42,361 nucleotides of DNA from positions 1 through 42,361 of the forward strand of contig JAZDHM010000012.1 in NCBI GenBank assembly GCA_043805935.1. The letters run 5' to 3'. A model generated the notes under the pieces. The model worked only from the letters and a program-made list of their open reading frames with translations, ran no database searches and was not told the DNA's origin. This DNA comes from Actinomycetota bacterium. Its GTDB lineage: Bacteria; Actinomycetota; Acidimicrobiia; Spongiisociales; UBA11373. A program made the position numbers and the translations under genes. Shown piece by piece: positions 33,189 through 42,361 of the stretch; the stretch's first letter is position 1; every line of letters begins with the position of its first letter.

Positions 33189-33205
33189 TGGCGGCCGGCG
33201 CCGGG

Positions 33206-33688
33206 CTAACCCTCGAACGGGCGCACCGCGACGATCTCCACCTCGAACATACCGCCGGGGGCTTCGTAGGAGACCGTTGAACCGATGCGGGTGCCGAGGA
33301 GCGCCGCCCCGAGCGGGCTGGAGGGGGAGGCGAGCACCATGCCGGGCAGCTTGTTCTCCTGGGGTGCGACGAACACGTCCATCTCGCCGCCGTCGGGCCG
33401 CCGCACGGTTACCACCGTGCCCACCTCGACGACGTCGCCGGCGGCCGCCTCCGACACTTGAGCGGTGTCGAGGCTCGCCTGGATCTTGCGGATGCGCGCC
33501 TCCAACAGCCCCTGCTCGTTCTTGGCGGCGTCGTAGTCGGCGTTCTCGCGGATGTCCCCGTGGGAGCGTGCCTCGGCGATCCGCTCGGCAATGCGGTGGC
33601 GCCCCTCGGTGGTGAGGTACTGCAACTCCTCGACGAGCTTCTGGTGAGCCGCGGGAGAAAGCCAGGTCGTGGGACCGTCGGTCATCAT
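33206..33688 (-). CDS. greA: Transcription elongation factor GreA
   Basis: 160 aa from MMTDG. Hallmark HGDIRENADYDAAKNEQG, an N-terminal coiled coil and a C-terminal FKBP-like domain. It lies 14 nt downstream of rpsT on the same strand. Confidence 0.9.
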   Translation of the reverse strand: MMTDGPTTWLSPAAHQKLVEELQYLTTEGRHRIAERIAEARSHGDIRENADYDAAKNEQGLLEARIRKIQASLDTAQVSEAAAGDVVEVGTVVTVRRPDGGEMDVFVAPQENKLPGMVLASPSSPLGAALLGTRIGSTVSYEAPGGMFEVEIVAVRPFEG

Positions 33689-33702
33689 GATGGGAGCCGG
33701 GC

Positions 33703-33969
33703 TCAGCCGTTGAGCTGGCGAGCCCTGCGGGTCAGGCGCGACTTTTGACGCGCGGCGGTGCGCTTGTGGAGGACGCCTTTGGAGACGGCGGAATCGATGC
33801 GCCGCTGGGCGAGGCGGAGGGAGGTCCCGGTGGCCTCGGCGTCGCCGGCGGCGATGGCGGCGGCGGTCGCTTTCGAGCGCGTCTTCAGCTCGGAGCGGAT
33901 GGCCTGGTTGCGGGCCTTGCGCTTTACCGTCTGGCGGTTGCGCTTGATCTGAGATGCGATGTTGGCCAT
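33703..33969 (-). CDS. rpsT: 30S ribosomal protein S20
   Basis: [30 protein letters not shown] is the canonical S20 N-terminus, at 88 aa. It is divergent from lepA, as in other Actinobacteria. Confidence 0.9.
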   Translation of the reverse strand: MANIASQIKRNRQTVKRKARNQAIRSELKTRSKATAAAIAAGDAEATGTSLRLAQRRIDSAVSKGVLHKRTAARQKSRLTRRARQLNG

Positions 33970-34032
33970 GTCGAGACGATCTGTGAGGTGGGGGAACGGC
34001 GGAACGATAGCAGTCCGACGCGCGACGGTACA

Positions 34033-35854
<1,822 letters not shown>

Positions 35855-35865
<11 letters not shown>

Positions 35866-37012
35866 CGCCGTCCGGCCCGACGACCCGGGCCTGGCCGACG
35901 AGGCCGCCGCCTGGGTCGGCGCCTACGCCCACATCCCGTTCTGCCGCCGGGTGTGCCCCTATTGCGACTTCGCCGTGATCGAGGGGCGTGACGATCTGCG
36001 CGCCCCCTACCTCCAGGCACTCGCCGCCGAGATCGCCTCTGACGAGCCGTTCGATCGCCCGCTCGACGCGGTGTTCGTCGGTGGCGGAACCCCCACTTCC
36101 GTGGAGCCCGAGGCGCTGGGGCGGGTCGTCGCCGCGCTCGCCGCCCGTTTCGGCCTCGCCGCCGGCGCCGAGGTGTCCATCGAGGCCAACCCTGAGGACC
36201 TCACCGCCGAGATGGCCCGGCGCCTGGCGGACGCCGGATTCAACCGGGTGTCGCTCGGGGTGCAGTCGTTCGATCCGGCGGTGCTCGCCACCCTCGGCCG
36301 CCGGCACACACCCGAGGAGGCCGATGCCGCGCTGGCCGCGGCCCGGTCCGCCTTCGGGTCGGTGAACGGCGACCTGATCTTCGGAACGGTAGGGGAGACG
36401 GCATCGTCCTGGCAGGCATCGGTGGAGCGCGCTCTCGACGCCGGCATCGATCATCTCTCCACCTACGCCCTCACCATCGAGCGCGGGACACCCTTCGGCC
36501 GGGCGGTTGCCGCCGGCGGGCCGCCGCCCGACCCCGACGACCAGGCCGACAAGTACCTCGCTGCGGCGACGCTCGCCGGGGCCGCCGGGATGGTGCGCTA
36601 CGAGACCTCCAACTACGCCCGCCCCGGTCACCCCTGCCGGTACAACCTGCTGACCTGGGCGGCGGGGGAGTACGTCGCCTTCGGCAACGGCGCCCACCGG
36701 CACCGCCGCGGGACCCGGTCGTGGAACGTCCGCCGGGTCGATCGGTACGTCGAGCGCTCCCCGGCGACGGTCCGCTCCGGGGAGGAGCGGCTCGGGCCCT
36801 GGGAACGCGACGTCGAGCGGGTGCTCATCGGCCTTCGCCGGGCGGCAGGAGTGACGCCCGGGCCCGCCGGAGTGGCGCTCGCCGGGTCGCCGGCGGGTGC
36901 CCGTCTGGTCGCCGCCGGGGTCCTGGCGGTTGCACCGGATCGCCTCCGGGTCGTCCGGCCTCTGCTCGGGGACGAGGTCTCCCGGGCCCTCTTCGCACTC
37001 CACCCGACTTAG
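35855..37012 (+). CDS. hemW: Radical SAM heme chaperone HemW (HemN-like, coproporphyrinogen oxidase family)
   Basis: Radical SAM motif [13 protein letters not shown] (CxxxCxxC), GGGTPT, and a HemN_C-like tail. It overlaps the lepA end by 11 nt, and lepA-hemW synteny supports the call. Confidence 0.85.
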
Positions 37013-37107
37013 AGGGTACGCAAATAGGGTCGCTCCGGGATCATGTTTCGGCTTGTCGGCAAGCCAAAACATGATGGGACCCGCGACCTATTTGCGCACC
37101 CTCTTAG
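37008..37107. repeat. Near-perfect AT-rich palindrome of about 100 nt (long hairpin) between hemW and hrcA
   Basis: CTTAGAGGGTACGCAAATAGGGTCGC...GGGATCATGTTTCGGCTTG-TCGG-CAAGCCAAAACATGATGGGAC...GCGACCTATTTGCGCACCCTCTTAG. The stem is about 45 bp with a few mismatches or bulges. It starts in the hemW stop codon and ends inside the CIRCE left half-site. Confidence 0.85.
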
Positions 37108-37130
37108 CACTCGGCCCGGTTCGCTGCTAG
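37104..37130 (+). promoter_or_regulatory. CIRCE-like HrcA operator (perfect left half, degenerate right half)
   Basis: TTAGCACTC-GGCCCGGTT-CGCTGCTAG compared with the consensus TTAGCACTC-N9-GAGTGCTAA: left half 9/9, right half 5/9. A second right-half candidate, TCCTGCTAA, lies at 37134-37142. The element is directly upstream of hrcA. Confidence 0.5.
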
Positions 37131-37151
37131 CAGTCCTGCTAATCTGAGGTC

Positions 37152-38144
37152 GTGATGCTCGACGAACGCAAGGCGGCGATCCTCGGAGCACTCGTCGAAG
37201 ACCACATCGAGACAGGCGCACCCGTCTCCTCACGCGCCATCCTGGAGCGGTCGGGGCTGGACTGCTCCTCAGCGACGATCCGCAACGAGCTGGTGGTCCT
37301 GGAGCGCGAGGGATACGTGTCCAAGCCTCACACCTCGGCGGGCCGGGTGCCCACCGACCGCGGATACCGGTACTACGTGGACCACCTGTCCCCGGGGCTG
37401 TTGCGTCCGTCGACCAGGGGGCGCATCGACCGGTTCTTCTCTTCCTATCACACCGAGTTCGGCCGCGTCCTGCGCGAGACCTCGGACCTGCTGAGCGAGG
37501 TCACGTCGTACCCGGCGGTGGTGCTCGGGCCGGGGATGCGGGGCCGGGTGCTGCGCGACGTCCACCTGCTCGGCGTCGAACCGGGCGTCGTGCTGCTGGT
37601 CCTCGTCGGCGACGGCGGGCGGGTGCACGAGTCGGTGATCAAGCTCACGGTGCCGGTCACGCCCGGCGAGGTCGACGACGCCCACCAGGCCCTGGTCGCC
37701 TGTCTCGCCGGCAAGCCACTGGCCGACGATCCCGAGGTGCCCGACCTGGCCGGGCTCGCACCGGCGGCTCGCTCGCTGGTCGCCCGGGCGCTGGAGGCAG
37801 TCGCCGACTCCGCCGACGCCGGGCGGGACATCTACGTCGGGGGCACCAGCCGCATGGTCGAGCTCTGGGAGGACCTGGCCAAGCTCCATCGCATCCTGGG
37901 GCTGCTCGAGCGCGAGGCGACGGTCCTGCAGCTGCTCGACGATTCCGGCGAGGGCACGACGGTGCGGCTCGGCCCCGAGATCCACGCCTCCGAACAGGAC
38001 CTCGCCGTCGTGTCCGCCCCGTACACGGTGGGCGGAGGGCGGAGCCGGATGGGGGTGCTCGGCCCGCTGCGGATGGACTACGGGCGGGTGATCCGGGTGG
38101 TCGAAGAGGTCTCCGAGGCCCTCGGCGACAGCCTGGCACCCTGA
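37152..38144 (+). CDS. hrcA: Heat-inducible transcription repressor HrcA
   Basis: N-terminal winged helix ([44 protein letters not shown]) and [23 protein letters not shown] Shine-Dalgarno 5 nt before ATG 37155 makes that ATG a slightly more likely start than GTG 37152. Confidence 0.95.
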   Translation: MMLDERKAAILGALVEDHIETGAPVSSRAILERSGLDCSSATIRNELVVLEREGYVSKPHTSAGRVPTDRGYRYYVDHLSPGLLRPSTRGRIDRFFSSYHTEFGRVLRETSDLLSEVTSYPAVVLGPGMRGRVLRDVHLLGVEPGVVLLVLVGDGGRVHESVIKLTVPVTPGEVDDAHQALVACLAGKPLADDPEVPDLAGLAPAARSLVARALEAVADSADAGRDIYVGGTSRMVELWEDLAKLHRILGLLEREATVLQLLDDSGEGTTVRLGPEIHASEQDLAVVSAPYTVGGGRSRMGVLGPLRMDYGRVIRVVEEVSEALGDSLAP

Positions 38145-39232
38145 TGGCCACCGACTTCTACGCCGCCCTCGGGGTGCCGCGCGACGCCTCCCAGGAGGAC
38201 ATCAAGCGCGCCTTCCGCCGTCTCGCCAGGGAGACCCATCCGGACGCCAACCCCGGCGATCCGGCCGCCGAGGCGCGCTTTCGCGAGATCGCCGAGGCGT
38301 ACGAGGTGCTCTCCGATCCGCAGCGCCGCAATGCCTACGACCGCGGCGACACGGTGAATCTGGGCGACCTGTTCTCCTCCTTCGCCGGCATCGACGAGGT
38401 GCTGAGCCGATTCTTCGGCGGCGGCTTCGGGCCATTCGGGGGTGTCGCCCGGGGTCCGGCCCAGGGGAGGGACGTGGCGGTGCGCACGTCGGTGACGCTG
38501 GTGGAAGCGGCCACCGGAACCTCCCGGGAGGTCTCCTATCGGGCTCCCGTGGTGTGCTCGCTGTGCTCCGGCTCGGGCTCGGCGCCGGGCGCGGCCCTCC
38601 AGACGTGCGACCGTTGCGCCGGCCATGGCTCGGTTCGGATCACCCGTCAGACGATCCTCGGGGCGACGATGACCATCGCGGCATGTGATCGATGCCGGGG
38701 CCGCGGCAAGATCGTCACCGACCCCTGTCCGGAGTGCTCGGGGGCCGGCTCGCTGACCCGGGACGTCGCGGTGTCCGTCGACATCCCCGAGGGGATCGAT
38801 GACGGCGCCCGGATGCGGCTCCCCGGGAAGGGCGCCGCCGGTGAGCCGGGCGGGCGCTCGGGTGACCTCTACGTCGAGGTGCGCGTCGAACCCGACCCGC
38901 GTTTCGTCCGCCACGGGGCGGATCTGGTCCACCGCGTGCATCTCGGCCTGGCCGAGGCGGCGCTCGGGATCGGGGTCTCGGTGCCTACGGTCGACGGCGA
39001 GGGGATCGAGATCGACATCCCGGCGGGCACCCAGCCCGGCACCGTGTTCAAGCTCTCCCGACAGGGCATGCCCCGCCTGCAGCGACGGGGGAGGGGTGAC
39101 CTGCTCGTCGAGGTGATCGTCGACGTGCCCACCCGCCTGTCGGCCTCCCAGGAGGAGGCGCTGCGGGCATTTGCCGCCGCCTCCGGCGAGGTCCCGGCGG
39201 GATCATCTCGAAAGCGCCGGCGCAAGACGTGA
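38144..39232 (+). CDS. dnaJ: Molecular chaperone DnaJ
   Basis: J domain ([31 protein letters not shown]), a short G/F stretch, and four CxxCxGxG zinc-finger repeats ([32 protein letters not shown]). The start overlaps the hrcA stop (TGATG). Confidence 0.9.
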   Translation: MATDFYAALGVPRDASQEDIKRAFRRLARETHPDANPGDPAAEARFREIAEAYEVLSDPQRRNAYDRGDTVNLGDLFSSFAGIDEVLSRFFGGGFGPFGGVARGPAQGRDVAVRTSVTLVEAATGTSREVSYRAPVVCSLCSGSGSAPGAALQTCDRCAGHGSVRITRQTILGATMTIAACDRCRGRGKIVTDPCPECSGAGSLTRDVAVSVDIPEGIDDGARMRLPGKGAAGEPGGRSGDLYVEVRVEPDPRFVRHGADLVHRVHLGLAEAALGIGVSVPTVDGEGIEIDIPAGTQPGTVFKLSRQGMPRLQRRGRGDLLVEVIVDVPTRLSASQEEALRAFAAASGEVPAGSSRKRRRKT

Positions 39233-39349
39233 GGCGGTGCGCCCGACGCGCTGGATATGCCCGGGGGCGCCCGCTAGTGTGTGCGGAGCGCGTTCCCGTC
39301 GAACACTCGGCGGTGTCGTGAGGGCTCCGGTGGAGGGAGTAGCCAGGCC

Positions 39350-39829
39350 GTGACCGCGACCTACAACGAGCTGGTGGGGGGACGGGTCCGCTCGATCCGC
39401 CGCCAGCGGGGACTGTCCCTCCAGGACGTCCAGCGGCTCTCCAACGGCGAGTTCAAAGCGGCCGTTGTCGGCGCCTACGAGCGGGGGGAGCGCAGCCTGT
39501 CGCTGCCGAGGCTGCAGCGCCTCTCGCAGTTCTTCCAGGTGCCGATCTCGCAGTTCATGCCGCAGGACGAATCCGGCAAGCGCACGATGGAGCCGTTGCC
39601 GAGTGGTGGTGTGACCATCGACCTCAACCGCCTCGAGCGCCTGTCGGGGACGGAGTCGGTGATCTTCACCCGCTTCCTCCGTTCGATCCAGATGATGCGT
39701 CAGGACTTCAACGGCAAGGTCCTCACCATCCGCCGCGACGACCTGCGTTTGCTCGCCCTGCTCATCGACCAGTCCGAGGAGGCGTTCTCCGAGCGCCTCC
39801 GCGAGGCGGGTCTCACCAGCGAGGCGTGA
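39350..39829 (+). CDS. XRE-family helix-turn-helix regulator with an uncharacterised C-terminal domain
   Basis: GTG 39350 is preceded by GGAGGGAG 12 nt upstream. The N-terminal HTH reads GGRVRSIRRQRGLSLQDVQRLSNGEFKAAVVGAYERGERSLSLPRLQRLSQFF. I do not recognise the C-terminal domain of about 90 aa. Confidence 0.7.
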   Translation: MTATYNELVGGRVRSIRRQRGLSLQDVQRLSNGEFKAAVVGAYERGERSLSLPRLQRLSQFFQVPISQFMPQDESGKRTMEPLPSGGVTIDLNRLERLSGTESVIFTRFLRSIQMMRQDFNGKVLTIRRDDLRLLALLIDQSEEAFSERLREAGLTSEA

Positions 39830-39899
39830 TCGCCCGGGACTGGTGCCCGCCGGCGGTATACTGACTCCTCTCCATGCTTCCCTCGCATCGAGGATTCCT

Positions 39900-40880
39900 T
39901 TGACGCAAGCCTCTCTCAACGAGGTCACGTTCCGCGTCCCCGGTGACCACTTCATGCTGGCCCTCTTGGGGGAGCGCGACGCGTTCCTCCGCCTGGTCGA
40001 GGACGCCTACCTCGACGCCCAGATCGTCGCCCGCGGGGACGAGGTGCGGATCAGCGGCCCGGACGCCACGACCCGGCTGGTCAAGACGACGCTCGAGGAG
40101 CTGCTGGTCCTGGTGCGCGAAGGCCAGACGCTCGACGCCGACCGCGTCCAGCGGGTGATCGAGCTGGTCAAGGCCGACATCACCAGCCCGTCGGCGGTGT
40201 TCAGCGACGGGGTGACGGTCGGCCGGGGCAAGGTGATCCACCCCAAGACCCTCAACCAGAAGCGGTACCTCGACGCCATCCGCCGCAACACCGTCGTGTT
40301 CGGCATCGGCCCGGCGGGGACCGGCAAGACCTACCTGGCGATGGCCCTCGCCGTGGCCGGTCTGCAGACCGGGACCGTGACCAGGCTGGTCCTCACCAGG
40401 CCGGCGGTGGAGGCGGGCGAGCGACTCGGGTTCCTCCCCGGCGACCTCGCCGCCAAGGTGGACCCCTACCTGCGCCCTCTGTACGACGCGCTGTACGACA
40501 TGCTCGGGCCCGACGAGACTCAGCGCCTGATGGAGCGGGGCACCATCGAGATCGCCCCCCTCGCCTACATGCGCGGCCGGACCCTCAACGACGCGTTCGT
40601 CGTGCTCGACGAGGCCCAGAACACGTCGCCGGAGCAGATGAAGATGTTCCTCACCCGTCTCGGGTTCAACTCGAAGATGGTGATCACCGGAGACGTCACC
40701 CAGGTGGACCTGCCCAGCGGCAAGGCGTCGGGGTTGCGTCAGGTCGGCGACGTGCTCGGGGACATCCCCGGGGTGGCCTTCATCACCCTCGGCGCCGAAG
40801 ACGTCGTCCGCCATCGGATCGTCGCCACGATCGTGGAGGCGTACCGCATGTACGACGAGCGGACCAAGAGGCCGGAATGA
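39900..40880 (+). CDS. phoH: PhoH-like ATPase (PhoH/YbeZ)
   Basis: Walker A GPAGTGKTYLA, RPAVEAGERLGFLPGDL, Walker B VVLDEAQN and GDVTQVDLP. The likely start is TTG 39900 (GAGGAT upstream); ATG 39843 is the alternative. Confidence 0.9.
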   Translation: MTQASLNEVTFRVPGDHFMLALLGERDAFLRLVEDAYLDAQIVARGDEVRISGPDATTRLVKTTLEELLVLVREGQTLDADRVQRVIELVKADITSPSAVFSDGVTVGRGKVIHPKTLNQKRYLDAIRRNTVVFGIGPAGTGKTYLAMALAVAGLQTGTVTRLVLTRPAVEAGERLGFLPGDLAAKVDPYLRPLYDALYDMLGPDETQRLMERGTIEIAPLAYMRGRTLNDAFVVLDEAQNTSPEQMKMFLTRLGFNSKMVITGDVTQVDLPSGKASGLRQVGDVLGDIPGVAFITLGAEDVVRHRIVATIVEAYRMYDERTKRPE

Positions 40881-42361
40881 GGATCGCCTCGCGGCTCTCG
40901 TCGATGGCCAAGACCGGCATCATCGCCGCCACCCTGGTGGCCACCGTCCTGGCTCTGGTGATCGGCCGCGACCCCGGGCCGGCGCCGATCGTGCTGAGCG
41001 TGGGCGAGCCGGCCCCCCAGGCGTTCTATGCCACGGTGAAGGTGGACGTGCCCGACGTCGACGAGACGGAGCGGCAGAAGGCCGCCGCCGCCGCCGCGGT
41101 CGAGGACGTCTACTCGGGTGACACCCAGGTCACCGAGACCGTGCTCGCCAGCATCGCCGAATTCTTCGCGGACGTCCGCAAGGCGGCCGAGCCGGTGGTG
41201 ATCGAGGTGGAGGACCCCGACTCGATCACGCCGTCGACCACCCAGGCGACCACCACCACCGCCGGAACCACCGGGACCTCGGAAGGTTCGTCGGAGACGA
41301 CGACGCCCGGGGAGACGACCACCACCACGCTGGCGACCACGACCACCACCGTCCCTCCCGAGCCGCCGCCGGTCGAGGAGCAGATCGCCCAGCTGGAGGT
41401 GCTCCACCCCCTGTTGCGGGACACGACGATCGAAGCCATGGTCGGGTTGGTCAACGCCGATCGCGACCTGGCCGTGAGCGACCAGCTGCTCCCGATCGCC
41501 CAGAGGGCGGCGCTCGACACCGCCGAGTCCTACCTGCTGGACGGGATCAGGTCGACCGAGCTGGCGTCGATCAAGGGCCGGCTGGTGACCTCGCCGCGCC
41601 CGCTCGTCCTCATCCCCGAGGACATGCGGACCGCCGTGGAGAACGCCGTCGCCGACCTGCTGTCGGTGTCGCTCCAGGCGAACGAGTTCGAAGACGAGAA
41701 CGCCACCCAGGCCGCCCGGCTCGAGGCACAGAATGCCGTGGCCGAACAGGTCAAGTCGTACGCGGCCGGGGAGCTGATCGTCGACCTCGGCCAGCGGGTC
41801 GAGGCCGTGCAGCTGCAGGCGATCGATGAGCTGGAGCTGCGCGTCGTCGGGGAGCCGGTGGCGCCGGTCCGCGCGCTTGGAGCCATCGCCATCCTCGTGG
41901 TGTTGCTGGCGATGGTCTTCCTGGGGAGGGTCACGGCCGACTACTGGCGGCGCCCCAAGATGGTTGGCCTGTTCGGGTTGCTCGTCGTACTGGCCGCCAT
42001 CGCCTCCCGGGTGCCGGCCCTCGTCGCCCGAGACCGGGTGGAGCTCGGGTTCCTCCTCCCGGCGGCTCTCTTCGGCTACCTCGCCTCCAACCTGTTCGAC
42101 GCCCGCGTCGCCGTGCTCATGGCGATCCCGGTGGCGGCGTTCACCGCCCTCACCACCGGGGACCTGGCCCTCGTGGTGTTCGCGGCAGTGGCGACGCTGG
42201 CGCCGATCCCGCTCGTGTCGGCGGTGTCGTCGCGTGCCCAGCTGAATCTCGCGGTCGTGTTCTCTGCCGTCATCCAGGTGCCGCTGGTCGCCGCCCTGGC
42301 CTGGTTCTTCTACGGCCCCGACGCCGTCGTGCTGTCGATGGTGTGGGGCTTTCTCAGCGGG
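40877..42361 (+). CDS. 7TM-HD membrane protein, PgpH-like (5' partial; runs off the window)
   Basis: Open frame from ATG 40877 (ATGA overlap with the phoH stop) to the window end, 495 codons. It has an N-terminal TM, an extracellular domain ending in GELIVDLGQRVEAVQLQAIDELEL (7TMR-HDED-like), then the start of a multi-TM block. The phoH-(7TM-HD)-ybeY position supports the call, but the HD domain itself is not in the window. Confidence 0.6.
   Translation, partial: MRIASRLSSMAKTGIIAATLVATVLALVIGRDPGPAPIVLSVGEPAPQAFYATVKVDVPDVDETERQKAAAAAAVEDVYSGDTQVTETVLASIAEFFADVRKAAEPVVIEVEDPDSITPSTTQATTTTAGTTGTSEGSSETTTPGETTTTTLATTTTTVPPEPPPVEEQIAQLEVLHPLLRDTTIEAMVGLVNADRDLAVSDQLLPIAQRAALDTAESYLLDGIRSTELASIKGRLVTSPRPLVLIPEDMRTAVENAVADLLSVSLQANEFEDENATQAARLEAQNAVAEQVKSYAAGELIVDLGQRVEAVQLQAIDELELRVVGEPVAPVRALGAIAILVVLLAMVFLGRVTADYWRRPKMVGLFGLLVVLAAIASRVPALVARDRVELGFLLPAALFGYLASNLFDARVAVLMAIPVAAFTALTTGDLALVVFAAVATLAPIPLVSAVSSRAQLNLAVVFSAVIQVPLVAALAWFFYGPDAVVLSMVWGFLSG

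Overview
This is a high-GC (by eye about 70%) bacterial chromosome segment with almost entirely housekeeping content. The gene order matches the conserved actinobacterial obg...era macro-synteny, and I infer an Acidimicrobiia-like lineage. All calls rest on motif recognition and synteny; no searches were run. In order the window holds: mreB-mreC-mreD-PBP2-rodA (joined by 4-nt start/stop overlaps), tdk, RNase E/G, rplU-rpmA-obg, a lipoprotein, a MoxR ATPase/VWA pair, an orphan CheY-like receiver, an M23 peptidase, nadD, an LCP/LytR_C protein, rsfS, an ABC-2 permease with two ATPases, an RlmD-like methyltransferase, a DHA2 MFS pump, tRNA-Ala(GGC), GNAT, nitroreductase, a VOC-DUF1003-nucleotidyltransferase operon, leuS, a small HExxH protein, a CPBP protease, comEA-comEC-holA, a heliorhodopsin, greA-rpsT, lepA, hemW, CIRCE-hrcA-dnaJ, an XRE regulator, phoH and the 5' part of a 7TM-HD (PgpH-like) gene. 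There is no transposase, integrase, CRISPR array or rRNA. Three things stand out. (1) A clear heliorhodopsin gene sits in the holA|rpsT junction without retinal-synthesis or signalling partners. (2) Short tandem heptanucleotide arrays (GTTTCCC, CTGGCAA, CGGGAAA, GCAGANN, TGAGTTC, TCATGAC) lie just 3' of stop codons in five intergenic regions, often fused to perfect hairpins; one forms a strikingly AT-rich island. (3) A roughly 100-nt near-perfect AT-rich palindrome lies between hemW and hrcA and overlaps the CIRCE left half-site. I did not find a convincing multi-gene novel system. The many long antisense ORFs in the track are high-GC artefacts.
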